DNA from: Candidatus Iainarchaeum sp.
GTDB taxonomy: Archaea; Iainarchaeota; Iainarchaeia; Iainarchaeales; GCA-2688035
DNA: 17,286 nt
NCBI GenBank assembly: GCA_028713935.1
Contig: JAQTNI010000030.1
Span: forward strand, 1-17,286
Reading direction: 5' to 3'
The notes beneath the pieces were generated by a model that had not been told where the DNA came from, searched no databases, and worked only from the letters and a program-made list of their open reading frames with translations. This document shows positions 7,189 through 15,890 of this stretch, piece after piece (the stretch's first letter is position 1; every line of letters begins with the position of its first letter). Position numbers and translations under genes: made by a program.

Positions 7189-8052
7189 TCAGAAACACCT
7201 TGCCTTTCTTTTTTTTCTTTCCCTGGCAATTTCCTTCAAATTTTTCAGATTGTTCCAGTATGCCTGCAAAATCAATTTTCCCTGTCCAGACCTGAAGGCA
7301 TTAACAAAAATCAATCCCAAGCCAGGAACATGCCTTATCATTTCCAAAATTGTAAGGTTGTAAAGCATTGCCTTCAGCCTGTTAGTGTTCATTAAAACAA
7401 ATTGTTTTTCTTTCCCTGTCTGCTTTGTAGTGTCATGGCTGCCATAATGGATTATTGTGCTTGAATCTGTTTCAATTATTTTGAAGCCCGCATTTCTTGC
7501 CCTGTAACACCAGTCAGTTTCCTCTCCATAGATTGGGGAAAAATGTTCCGCATCAAGAACACCGATTTTTTTTACTGCCGCTGCCCGCATTAACATTGCG
7601 CCGCCACAGACAGTCATTCTTTCCCTGTCGGGCAGGATTTTGTAATTTCCTTTTTTCCACATTGGATAATCAATAATCTTTGCGCCAATAGCGGCAGCAT
7701 TCGGATATTTTTCAGCCGCATTCAAAAGATTTTCCAGCCAGTTTTCAGTAACTTCAGTGTCATTGTTCAGCATGAAAAAAAATTCTCCCTCTGCAACTTC
7801 AAAGCCCTGGTTATTGCCCTTGCTGAAGCCGAGGTTTGTTTCATTCAGAATCAGTTTCTGCAAAAATCCCTGTTTTTTCATTTTTTGCAGAAGTTCAACG
7901 CTGCCATCCCTGCTTCCGTTGTCAATTACAATTATTTCATATTTGCCTTCCGGAGAAAATTTTTTAATCGATTCAAGGCATTTTTTTATGAATTCTTTGC
8001 CATTCCAGTTTAGTACAACAATTGAAACAATGGGTTTTTTCAAGCCAATCAC
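7189..8052 (-). CDS. Family 2 glycosyltransferase (WbbL/rhamnosyltransferase-like GT-A)
   Basis: 287-aa ORF with VSIVVLNWNGKEFIKKCLESI, IIVIDNGSRDGS, MLNNDTEV and GEETDWCYRARNAGFKI. It starts at GTG 8052; there is no in-frame ATG near the N-terminus. Confidence 0.85.
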   Translation of the reverse strand: MIGLKKPIVSIVVLNWNGKEFIKKCLESIKKFSPEGKYEIIVIDNGSRDGSVELLQKMKKQGFLQKLILNETNLGFSKGNNQGFEVAEGEFFFMLNNDTEVTENWLENLLNAAEKYPNAAAIGAKIIDYPMWKKGNYKILPDRERMTVCGGAMLMRAAAVKKIGVLDAEHFSPIYGEETDWCYRARNAGFKIIETDSSTIIHYGSHDTTKQTGKEKQFVLMNTNRLKAMLYNLTILEMIRHVPGLGLIFVNAFRSGQGKLILQAYWNNLKNLKEIARERKKRKARCF

Positions 8053-8164
8053 TCTTTAATAGATTTTATTGCATAAGAATAAAAAACAGTTTTTTTTATT
8101 ATATACTGTGGCTGGGGCAGTTTTAATGCCATTGCAGGCATTAGATTTGTAAACTAGTGGTCTT
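8053..8164. promoter_or_regulatory. Divergent intergenic region with A/T-rich TATA-like boxes and a 7-bp hairpin in the putative leader of the plus-strand operon
   Basis: tttattatata (8095-8105) lies about 65 nt upstream of ATG 8165. On the other strand, ttttttattctta (8074-8086) is about 28 nt upstream of GTG 8052. There is an inverted repeat taatgcc-attgca-ggcatta at 8124-8143. Pattern-based only. Confidence 0.3.
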
Positions 8165-9556
8165 ATGAATATTCTTTTGGTAAAGCTTAATGCCGAAGCT
8201 GATGAAATAATTCCTCCTGTAGGCCTGGGCTATTTGGCGAGCGCTGTCAGAAAAAGCCACAATGTTGAGATTCTTGATTGCCTTAAAGAGAACATGAATC
8301 TTCGGGATTTTCTTGGCTTTTTGCAGGGAAAAAAAATAGATTTGATTGGATTTCTTTTCTTTTCAATGAATTACGAGCAGATAAAGTCTTATTCAAAAGC
8401 AATAAAAGAAAAGTTTCCCGGGATTTTTATTGCTGTTGGCGGGCCCCATCCTTCCGCATTGCCCAGGGAAACACTTGAGGAAATCCAGGAAATAGATTTC
8501 GCTTTCCTGGGGGAAGCGGAATTGGGCTTTGCGCAGCTGGCAGATGTTCTTGCCAAAAAAAAATTTTTTCCAAAAGACTTGGAGAAGGTTTTTTCCCTTG
8601 CCTGGAGAAACAAAGGCAAAATCGTATTGAACCCGAAAAAAATATTGGAAAACATTGACGATGTCGGCCTGCCTGCCTGGGATTTGTTAAAGCCAGAGGC
8701 CTACCCGCAGGCCCCGCATGGAAGTTTTTCAAAGCAATTTCCGACTGCTCCGATTATAATCACAAGGGGATGTCCCTACAGCTGCACTTTCTGCGGAGGC
8801 AGCCTTGTTTCTGGCAAAAGAATAAGATACAGGGGCCTTGACAGCGTAATTGAGGAAATTGAACTGCTTGTCAAAAAGCACTGCATAAGGGAAATTCACA
8901 TTGAAGATGACAATTTTACAATGAACAAGGATTTTGTGGAAAAATTTTGCAAGGCGCTTATCAAAAAAAACTTTGGGATTACCTGGGCCTGCCCGAATGG
9001 AGTGAGGCTTGACACTCTTGACAGGGAGCTCTTGCTTCTAATGAAAAAATCCGGCCTTTATGTCATTTCAGTCGGCATAGAATCCGGAAGCGACAGGATC
9101 CTGAAAAGCGTGAAAAAAGTCCTGACCACAAAGCAGATAAGGGAAAAAATAGAGCTGATAGACAGCATAGGCTTTGACGTAATCGGCTTTGTAATGCTCG
9201 GCTTTCCCACTGAAACTGAGAAGGAAATTGAAAAGACAATTGATTTTGTCTGCAGCCTGCCCCTTAAACGCATAAATTTTTCGTGTTTGCAGCCATTTCC
9301 TGGAACAGAAATTTATGCCAATCTGATTGAAAATCACGAAATTGAAAAAGTTTCCTGGTCGAATTGTTTTCTCTTCAAGGCAAATTACGCCCCCAAAGGG
9401 CTTTCAATTGAAAAATTGCGGGCGCTCAGAAAAAAAGGCCTGAGAAAATTTTATTTGCGCCCAAAAATACTTTTTTCCATTCTTATTGAAATTAAAAATC
9501 CTAAGCAATTTTATTATGCTGCAAGAAGAGGGATAAGATGGCTTTTGCTGGCATAA
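8165..9556 (+). CDS. Cobalamin-binding-domain (class B) radical SAM enzyme, paralogue 1
   Basis: 463-aa ORF. The N-terminal Rossmann-like B12-binding-type domain has PPVGLGYLAS, DLIGF and VGGPHPS. The radical SAM core has ITRGCPYSCTFCGG (CxxxCxxC), followed by IEDDNF, GVRLDTLD, VGIESGS and MLGFPTET blocks. Confidence 0.85.
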   Translation: MNILLVKLNAEADEIIPPVGLGYLASAVRKSHNVEILDCLKENMNLRDFLGFLQGKKIDLIGFLFFSMNYEQIKSYSKAIKEKFPGIFIAVGGPHPSALPRETLEEIQEIDFAFLGEAELGFAQLADVLAKKKFFPKDLEKVFSLAWRNKGKIVLNPKKILENIDDVGLPAWDLLKPEAYPQAPHGSFSKQFPTAPIIITRGCPYSCTFCGGSLVSGKRIRYRGLDSVIEEIELLVKKHCIREIHIEDDNFTMNKDFVEKFCKALIKKNFGITWACPNGVRLDTLDRELLLLMKKSGLYVISVGIESGSDRILKSVKKVLTTKQIREKIELIDSIGFDVIGFVMLGFPTETEKEIEKTIDFVCSLPLKRINFSCLQPFPGTEIYANLIENHEIEKVSWSNCFLFKANYAPKGLSIEKLRALRKKGLRKFYLRPKILFSILIEIKNPKQFYYAARRGIRWLLLA

Positions 9557-9584
9557 TTTGGCATGGTTTGGCTCGGTGGTTCAA

Positions 9585-10982
9585 ATGAAAATTTTGTTCA
9601 TGATTCCAATACAAAGGGCATATGTAATAATGCCGCCGCTTGGGCTTGGCTATCTGGCAAGCCTTTCAATAAAAAAAGGCCATGATGCCAGGCTTCTTCA
9701 TTGTGTGCTTGAGAAAATGACTTTTGAAAAATTTTCAGAGTTCATAAGCAAAAATGATTTTGACCTGATTGGAATACAAATGAACACGATTGACGTTAAC
9801 AGTGTGAAAAAGCACATTGAAATTATAAAAAAGCTTAAGCCCAAAACAATAATTGTTGCCGGCGGCTCCCACCCGTCATGCGATCCAATAGGGACAATGG
9901 CAGAGTTTAAAAACCTGGATTTTGCCTTTCACGCCGAAGCCGAAATCGGATTTGCAAAGTTTCTTGACTGGCTTAAGAAAAACAATGCCGGCAAAAAGAA
10001 TCTTGCCGGGCTTAAAAAAATTCCCGGCCTTATCTGGCGTGACTCAAAAAAAATAGTTGCAAACCCGCCCGCCTTTGTCGATGACCTGAGCTCGCTTGAC
10101 TTTCCCGCCTGGAGCCTTATGGATCCGCGCAGCTATCCCGAAGCTCCCCACGGCGCTTTTGCAAAAAATTTTCCCACTGCCCCCATGGTAATCACAAGGG
10201 GCTGCCCTTTCCAATGCACTTTCTGCGCAGGCAAGAGAATCACTGGCCTGAAGGTAAGAAAACGCTCAATAAAAAATGCCATTGAAGAAATAGAATTTTT
10301 GAAGAAAAATTACGGAGTCAAGGAAATAATGATAGAGGATGAAAACTTCACCCTGCACAGGCATCTTGTTGAGGAGTTTTGCAGTTCGCTGATTCAAAAA
10401 AACCTTGGGATAAGCTGGAGCCTGCCTTCCGGAGTGAGGCTTGACACCCTTGACGCGGACTTGTTGAAACTTATGGAGAAAAGCGGCTGTTACAGCGTTG
10501 CAGTCGGAATAGAATTTGGCAGCCAGAGAATACTGAACCTGACCAAAAAACAGCTCACAATAGAAAAAATAAAGGAAAAAATGGGCCTTTTCAAGAAAAC
10601 CAATATCAAGGTAACGGGCTTTTTCATGATTGGTTATCCCGGGGAAACAATTGAGGAAATTAATTCCACAATAAAACTGGCCTTGGAACTGCCTCTGCAA
10701 AGGGCGCAGTTCAATGGTTTTATGCCATTGCCCGGGAGCGAGATTTATAACACCCTTGTTTCTGAAAAAAAGCTTGGCAAGCTTGACACTGACAGGTTTT
10801 TTGTGCATGATGTCGCCTTTGTGTCAGAGGGGATTACAAGGCAGCAATTGCAGAATCTGAGAAGGAAAGCATACCTCCTTTTTTATATGCGGCCTAAAAT
10901 AATTGCGCACCTGTTTGAGGAAATAAAAAGCCCGAGGCACCTGGGCCTGCTTTTGACGCGTTTTTTTGATTCTTTGAAGTGA
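9585..10982 (+). CDS. Cobalamin-binding-domain (class B) radical SAM enzyme, paralogue 2
   Basis: The track ORF starts at TTG 9558. ATG 9585 (MKILFMIP...) aligns with the paralogue N-terminus (MNILLVKL...) and has a GGTGG Shine-Dalgarno 5 nt upstream. It is collinear with paralogue 1: PPLGLGYLAS, AGGSHPS, ITRGCPFQCTFCAG, IEDENF, GVRLDTLD, VGIEFGS, MIGYPGET. Confidence 0.85.
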   Translation: MKILFMIPIQRAYVIMPPLGLGYLASLSIKKGHDARLLHCVLEKMTFEKFSEFISKNDFDLIGIQMNTIDVNSVKKHIEIIKKLKPKTIIVAGGSHPSCDPIGTMAEFKNLDFAFHAEAEIGFAKFLDWLKKNNAGKKNLAGLKKIPGLIWRDSKKIVANPPAFVDDLSSLDFPAWSLMDPRSYPEAPHGAFAKNFPTAPMVITRGCPFQCTFCAGKRITGLKVRKRSIKNAIEEIEFLKKNYGVKEIMIEDENFTLHRHLVEEFCSSLIQKNLGISWSLPSGVRLDTLDADLLKLMEKSGCYSVAVGIEFGSQRILNLTKKQLTIEKIKEKMGLFKKTNIKVTGFFMIGYPGETIEEINSTIKLALELPLQRAQFNGFMPLPGSEIYNTLVSEKKLGKLDTDRFFVHDVAFVSEGITRQQLQNLRRKAYLLFYMRPKIIAHLFEEIKSPRHLGLLLTRFFDSLK

Positions 10983-12793
10983 CAATTTTATTTTATAATG
11001 CGTTTTTATTACTTTTCTTCAGCTTATTTACTTGCAGTCAGCCAATGATTTTGCGTGGTAATTTGGAAGAAAAAAAATTATTTTTCATAATTGTAACAAT
11101 TCTTTTTTTGTCCCTGTTTGCACTGAGGTTTATTTCGCTTGAGTCGGATCCCCTGCTGCTTAAAAGAATAGGCGATGCCGGGGACGAGGGTTACTGGATT
11201 CATAATGCAAAAAATCTTGCCCTGTTCGGCCAGTTTTCCCTGGATGACTGGAATCCATTTATTTTGTCCCCCTTGAGCACTGTTTTGTTTTTCCTTTCAT
11301 TCAAGGCATTTGGAGTCGGTTTTTTTGCAATGCGTTTTGTGCAGGCCTTATTCAGTTGCCTTATTTTGCTGTTAATGTTCTTTTTTGTCAAGAAATATTC
11401 AAATATAAAAACAGCCCTGATTTCAGTTGTTCTTGCAGGGACCTCAATAACCTTTTTGGCTTTCAACAGGCTCGGCCTGCTTGAAACAGGCCAGTTGTTT
11501 TTCCTCCTGCTCTTGGTTTACCTTATCGGTGAAAAAAAATTTTTTTTGTCCGGGCTTGCCTTTGCAATCGCTGTTCTCCTAAAGGTTTCTGCAATTCTTT
11601 ATCTCCCTGCTTTTGGATTCCTTCTGCTGTTCGAGCTTTTTAAAGGAAGAGCGAAGATAAAGCAGGTTTTTTACTTTGCGGCCGCGCTTATTCCGGCCGC
11701 CGCAATCTACGCCGCAATTTTTGCCTTTTTTCCTTCTTTTGCCCAGAGCTTTTTTGGGGTTACAAATCCCGGGACAACGAGCCTCCTGAACTTTTTCTTT
11801 ATTCTTACAAATCCATTGTTCCAAAGAATTGATTTTTACCTGCTGTTTTTATTTTCGGCCTTATTCCTGCTTGGCTTGTTTGCAAAGAAAAGAACACGGG
11901 AATTAAATTTTTTGGAATATTCTTCCATAATCTGGCTTGTTGTTGGCCTTGCAGCAATGCCTTTTGGCGATTTTTCCGACAGGCGCTTCTTTGTTTTTTT
12001 AGCCCCAATGGCAATTCTTGCCGCATTGCTTCCGACTGTCCTGCCTATTAACTTCAGGGACTTGATCGGAAAAATACAGAAGCACAAATTTTTCCTGCTT
12101 TTGCCTCTTGCAATAGCCCTGTTTTCTTTTTTTAATCCTGTTTTTGCAGTTACACTTCCAGATTATTATTCTTTTATCCTGCCAATTGCATTTATTGTGG
12201 CATTGCCTGTTTTGTGGTACTTGTTGCGGTTCAATCGGGTTGCCGCTTTTCTTGTCGGCTGCCTGGTTCTTACAACGGCATTTCAGGCAATTTTTGTCCT
12301 GGCAGGCGAATTTGGCGCAGTTATTTCAAAGGACATTTTGAAACTGGCTGTTTTTGCAGGCATTATTTTACTGGCGATTTTTTATTCGCGGATAAATATC
12401 ACTGAAAATTTTTTCAGGCGCGCAATTTATGCCGCTATTGGAATTAATATTCTCCTCATAATCCTTTCTTTTGCTTTTATGGCAAACACGCTTTACCTTG
12501 AATCAAAAAATCTTGGGATTCCAAATAATAAAACACTCGCCGGGGCATTTTCCCAGGAGCTTTCCTTGGAAAACAAAAACCTGGATTTGAAAATTTATTG
12601 TTCCGGAGTAGAAAGCAATTTTAACAAGGAAATCAAGCCGGATTATATATTGGTCCCAATTGAAAGCAATTCCATGTATTGTGACGCAAACCATTTTGGA
12701 AAAACACGGCTTGTAAAAGAAATAGGGCTATTTCCTAATGCCTTTTCAGGGGAATACAGGGCGCATTTGAAATTGTATGAAATAATCAAATAG
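10979..12793 (+). CDS. Polytopic GT-C fold membrane glycosyltransferase (ArnT/PMT-like; predicted to use a polyprenyl-phosphate sugar)
   Basis: 604-aa ORF with many hydrophobic helices. The first-loop acidic motif DAGDEGYWIHNAKNLALFG follows TM1 (the DE..Y pattern of the ArnT/PMT_2 family). There is a roughly 90-aa soluble C-terminal domain. The GTG start overlaps the upstream stop (GTGA). ATG 11045 (MILRGNLEEKK...) is an alternative start. No WWDYG motif, so this is not an AglB/STT3 oligosaccharyltransferase. Confidence 0.75.
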   Translation: MTILFYNAFLLLFFSLFTCSQPMILRGNLEEKKLFFIIVTILFLSLFALRFISLESDPLLLKRIGDAGDEGYWIHNAKNLALFGQFSLDDWNPFILSPLSTVLFFLSFKAFGVGFFAMRFVQALFSCLILLLMFFFVKKYSNIKTALISVVLAGTSITFLAFNRLGLLETGQLFFLLLLVYLIGEKKFFLSGLAFAIAVLLKVSAILYLPAFGFLLLFELFKGRAKIKQVFYFAAALIPAAAIYAAIFAFFPSFAQSFFGVTNPGTTSLLNFFFILTNPLFQRIDFYLLFLFSALFLLGLFAKKRTRELNFLEYSSIIWLVVGLAAMPFGDFSDRRFFVFLAPMAILAALLPTVLPINFRDLIGKIQKHKFFLLLPLAIALFSFFNPVFAVTLPDYYSFILPIAFIVALPVLWYLLRFNRVAAFLVGCLVLTTAFQAIFVLAGEFGAVISKDILKLAVFAGIILLAIFYSRINITENFFRRAIYAAIGINILLIILSFAFMANTLYLESKNLGIPNNKTLAGAFSQELSLENKNLDLKIYCSGVESNFNKEIKPDYILVPIESNSMYCDANHFGKTRLVKEIGLFPNAFSGEYRAHLKLYEIIK

Positions 12794-12814
12794 CGCTGCA
12801 CTTTTTGCATATTG

Positions 12815-13573
12815 CTAATCAAAAAACCTGTATTTCAAAAGGGTTTTCAGCGCAACAAACCCATCGCTTATTTTTATTTTCTTGCCTTCCTTGTGTGTCC
12901 TTGCCCTGTAGGTTATGGGCACCTCAAGAATTGCATGCCCATTTTTTAGAATTTTTGCGGTAATTTCAGGCTCAAAATCAAATCTTTTTGAATGAAGCTC
13001 AATTCCCTTAATTGCTTCGCGCCTGAATGCCTTATATCCTGTTTCCATGTCAGAAATATTGTGAAAAAAAAGAATTGCTGTTGCAAGAGACAAAACCTTG
13101 TTGCCTATCAAATGGCTGATTATCTGCTTTCCGATTATTTTTCCCTTAAACCTTGAGCCAAAAACAACATTTGCCTTGCCATTGAGAATGGGGGCTATTA
13201 CCTTTCCAATTTCTTCCGGGTCATATTCAAGGTCAGCATCCTGAATAATCATTATGCTGCCAGTTGCTTTTTTCAGGCCGGCCGCAACTGCAGAGCCCTT
13301 TCCCCCGTTTTTTTTGCCGATTGCAATAATGCCCCTGTTTTTCACTGCAATTTCCTCTATTATTGCCTGGCTTTTGTCAGTGCTTCCGTCATTTACAATT
13401 ATTATTTCCTTTTCAATGGGCAATTCCAGCCCAATCACTTTTTCAAGAAGAATTTTTATTGTCCGTTCTTCGTTGAAAACAGGCATGATAATTGACAATT
13501 TTTCCCAAGGCTTTTGGAAGCGAGGCAATGGCCGAGCGCTCCGAAAAGGCTTTGACAATTTTTCTTTGTTCAT
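12815..13573 (-). CDS. Family 2 glycosyltransferase, polyprenyl/dolichyl-phosphate sugar synthase-like (Dpm1/GtrB/ArnC type)
   Basis: 252-aa ORF with LSIIMPVFNEERTI, IIIVNDGSTDKS, GKGSAVAAGL and QDADLEYDPEE (DxD). It has the short soluble architecture typical of polyprenyl-P sugar synthases and sits directly downstream of a GT-C gene. Confidence 0.8.
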   Translation of the reverse strand: MNKEKLSKPFRSARPLPRFQKPWEKLSIIMPVFNEERTIKILLEKVIGLELPIEKEIIIVNDGSTDKSQAIIEEIAVKNRGIIAIGKKNGGKGSAVAAGLKKATGSIMIIQDADLEYDPEEIGKVIAPILNGKANVVFGSRFKGKIIGKQIISHLIGNKVLSLATAILFFHNISDMETGYKAFRREAIKGIELHSKRFDFEPEITAKILKNGHAILEVPITYRARTHKEGKKIKISDGFVALKTLLKYRFFD

Positions 13574-13598
13574 TTAAAAAACCACTGAGGAAATCCTT

Positions 13599-14954
13599 TT
13601 ATTTTTTCTCAAAAGGGGTTATTTCAACGGTTATGTTCGGGTTCATTGTTATTGCCATGAAAAAAGTATTTTTTTCATCAACAATGTACTTTGTGTAATC
13701 CTCTTTTATGCTTGCAAGCTTCCTGTTTCCGAAAAACTCAGTGAAAAACATTCCAGTAAAAGGGGTTTCCTTGTATTTGCCAGAGAGAGAGGAAATTTTT
13801 TCGTCAACAATTATCAATGCGCCTTCAGGGGTTTCCGAATAAATTTTTTTGAAAACCTCGAATTTCAAATCCTGCTTTTCCTTGTGCTTGAGCATTGCAA
13901 AGCCCGAGCATGCAACCATAAGAATTATTGCAACAACAGCAATTTTTCCCATGTATTTTTCAATGGAAAATTTTTGGATTATTCTCCAAAGGCACTCCGC
14001 ATAACAAACAAGCATCAGGGGCACTATCGGCGCAAATTTATCAGCGCCTATTATCAAATCTTCCAGCCTGAACCTCGGGTAAAAGAAAAAATAGCTTCCC
14101 CAGAGCAGCACAAAAATTATGCTTGAAATTATTGTTGCATTGCGCAGCCTGTTTTTTGAGAAAAACATTGCAAAAAACATTAAAGGGAAAATAACAGACA
14201 GCAGCGCAACATAGTATGCCGCTTTCAATGGGAAATCCTGAAGCGTGAACGATGCGTATCCCAGCACAGAGTATGCTGTTGCAAAAGGGCTTCCATACAA
14301 AAAGCTGTTGAAAGCCAGTGTTATTGCAGCGCCCGGAACAGCGCCAGCAATGAAAAGCCATGCCTTTGAAACCTTTTTTTTGTCAATGAAAATTGCAATC
14401 AGGAATGCAAGCGCAATTGCGGCGTTTGTATAGCGCGAAAGAACAGAAATGCCAGCAAAAAAACCCGCCAGTGCAAATCCCTTATTGTCATTGCGCAGGA
14501 AAAAATAGGCCGTAAGGAGAACAAATGTTATTGATGACATTTCCGCCTCAAGAGTTGTTGAAAGCAGGGCAATTGCGGGAAAAAAAAGGTAAAGCAGGCT
14601 GAAAATTGCGGGCAAATCAAGTTTTTTGAGTATTTTGTAAATAATAAAAAGATTGATTAAATGCAGCACTAATCCCAATAAAAAGCTGAATTGCCAGCCG
14701 AACAGCGCAAAAGGCGCGATAAGCACTGAATGCAGCGGAGGATAAGCGCTTACATATGCGCTTCCATTGAAGGCATAGCCATAAGAGTAAAGGGGGTCTG
14801 TTATAAGCATTTTTCCAGTGAAAATCAGGTAAGCGTTCCTCAAATATGTCTGTTCGTCAGGGTAATGGTAAAAATTCGGGTAAAAGAGAAAAAACATTAA
14901 GGCGAACACTGCTGCACAGCCAATTATTATCCTCCTGTCTTCAAGAATATTCAT
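13599..14954 (-). CDS. Polytopic GT-C fold membrane glycosyltransferase (PMT_2/ArnT-like), second paralogue type
   Basis: 451-aa ORF with about 10 or more hydrophobic segments. The first loop, YHYPDEQTYLRNAYLIF, carries the DE..Y motif. Its ATG overlaps the upstream stop (ATGA at 14951-14954). No WWDYG motif. Confidence 0.75.
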   Translation of the reverse strand: MNILEDRRIIIGCAAVFALMFFLFYPNFYHYPDEQTYLRNAYLIFTGKMLITDPLYSYGYAFNGSAYVSAYPPLHSVLIAPFALFGWQFSFLLGLVLHLINLFIIYKILKKLDLPAIFSLLYLFFPAIALLSTTLEAEMSSITFVLLTAYFFLRNDNKGFALAGFFAGISVLSRYTNAAIALAFLIAIFIDKKKVSKAWLFIAGAVPGAAITLAFNSFLYGSPFATAYSVLGYASFTLQDFPLKAAYYVALLSVIFPLMFFAMFFSKNRLRNATIISSIIFVLLWGSYFFFYPRFRLEDLIIGADKFAPIVPLMLVCYAECLWRIIQKFSIEKYMGKIAVVAIILMVACSGFAMLKHKEKQDLKFEVFKKIYSETPEGALIIVDEKISSLSGKYKETPFTGMFFTEFFGNRKLASIKEDYTKYIVDEKNTFFMAITMNPNITVEITPFEKK

Positions 14955-15433
14955 TTTTTCTTCTCCAAAAATTCCTTTATTGCATTGACAAGCCCTTCCT
15001 TGTCTGAAGCGATTTTTGGCGAAAATTTTTCGGCTTCCCTGATTTTTGTTCCTAACTCTTTGATTTCAAAAACTGCAAGCGCCCTGCCTTCTTTTTCAAG
15101 CGCTTCAGCCAAATCAAGCTGGTGGTCGTTTGTATGCTCCCCAAATTTCTTCATTCTCGGCACAATTACAAGCCTTTTTTTGTTCAGCATTGCATTTATT
15201 ATTGTCCCTGCGCCGCCATGCGAGATTACAATGTCTGCCCAGCCGAATTTTTCAACAAATTCTTTTTCATCCAAAAATTTTTTGAAAGCAAAATTTTTAG
15301 GCTCATAATCTGAATTTCCCGCCTGCGCAAAAACTTCCGCATTTATTTTTTTCTCCCCGAGCAGCAAATCCATCTCCTTCAGAAGCCTGTTGAACTGCTG
15401 CGCATGAGTCCCAACGCTGACAAAAATCTTCAT
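14951..15433 (-). CDS. Alg13-like catalytic subunit (glycosyltransferase 28 C-terminal domain; PssE/CpsG type) of a split UDP-GlcNAc transferase
   Basis: The track ORF extends to 15490, but that extension overlaps the upstream gene by 58 nt. ATG 15433-15431 overlaps the upstream TGA by 1 nt (TGATG) and gives MKIFVSVGTHAQQFNRLL...ADIVISHGGAGTIINA...VIVPR...NDHQLDLAEAL. This is the Alg13/MurG C-terminal half signature. Confidence 0.8.
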   Translation of the reverse strand: MKIFVSVGTHAQQFNRLLKEMDLLLGEKKINAEVFAQAGNSDYEPKNFAFKKFLDEKEFVEKFGWADIVISHGGAGTIINAMLNKKRLVIVPRMKKFGEHTNDHQLDLAEALEKEGRALAVFEIKELGTKIREAEKFSPKIASDKEGLVNAIKEFLEKKK

Positions 15434-15879
15434 CAAAAAACACTTCCTTCGAATTTCGCCTTTGGAAAAAATTCCAGGTTCTGTTTCCACTGGACAAAAA
15501 AGGCGTCTGCAATTTTGTACATTATTTTTCCGCTTAAGCTCGGTCCCTTGACCCTGCAGAAGCTTTCAATAAAAATTATTTTTTTGAAAAACAATTTTCC
15601 AAGCAGGCAAATCGGAATTGCTGTGTCAGCCCCAGTGCTGATTATCACATCGGGCTTTTCCCTGAGCAGAACTGTCAGGCCCTGCAAAAAGTTTTTTGCC
15701 AGTTTTAAAGGGTTTCTGCGCGGGCATTCAACAAAAACAACTTTTTCTTTTTTTGAAAGCCCTATTGCATTGCCCCTGTAATCTGAAACAAAAAAATGTG
15801 TTTTTCCCTGCCAGGCTTTTTCAAGCTGCAGCAATTCAGTCAAATGCCCGCCTGCAGAGCAGGCCAAACAGATTTTCAT
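15433..15879 (-). CDS. Alg14-like membrane-association subunit (PssD/CpsF type) of a split UDP-GlcNAc transferase
   Basis: MKICLACSAGGHLTELLQL..., PDVIISTGADTAIP and IFIESFCRV are Alg14-family blocks. The track starts at TTG 15882. ATG 15879 has a GGAG Shine-Dalgarno 6 nt upstream, in the 11-nt gap after the AglH stop. Confidence 0.8.
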   Translation of the reverse strand: MKICLACSAGGHLTELLQLEKAWQGKTHFFVSDYRGNAIGLSKKEKVVFVECPRRNPLKLAKNFLQGLTVLLREKPDVIISTGADTAIPICLLGKLFFKKIIFIESFCRVKGPSLSGKIMYKIADAFFVQWKQNLEFFPKAKFEGSVF

Positions 15880-15890
15880 CAAAACTCCGC

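Noticed and set aside
8053-8164. Cobalamin riboswitch upstream of the B12-domain radical SAM operon
   Set aside because: The whole spacer is 112 nt and is shared with a divergent promoter. That is far shorter than a cobalamin riboswitch, and I see no B12-box-like G+C-rich core.
9558-9584. TTG-initiated 9-codon N-terminal extension of paralogue 2 (MAWFGSVVQ)
   Set aside because: ATG 9585 aligns with the N-terminus of paralogue 1 and has a GGTGG site at proper spacing. The extension itself contains that ribosome-binding site.
10266-10808. 180-aa minus-strand ORF inside the second class B radical SAM gene
   Set aside because: It is fully nested antisense in a CDS with strong family motifs. Its translation is Phe/Lys-rich with no motif, so it is a shadow ORF.
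8555-11547. A/T homopolymer runs, such as A9-T6 at 8555-8569 and A8-T8 at 11532-11547, as phase-variation switches
   Set aside because: Runs of 7-9 A or T occur in almost every gene here. They translate in-frame as Lys/Phe stretches (for example GEKKFFLSG). This is a genome-wide compositional habit rather than a locus-specific contingency tract, and all frames are intact.
10979-14954. The two large membrane proteins as AglB/STT3 oligosaccharyltransferases
   Set aside because: Neither contains a WWDYG-type motif or a large C-terminal periplasmic domain. The first-loop DE..Y motif and overall size fit ArnT/PMT_2-type GT-C enzymes better.
15434-15490. 19-codon N-terminal extension of the Alg13-like ORF
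   Set aside because: It would overlap the Alg14-like gene by 58 nt. The internal ATG gives the canonical MKIFVSVGT start and a 1-nt TGATG stop/start overlap.
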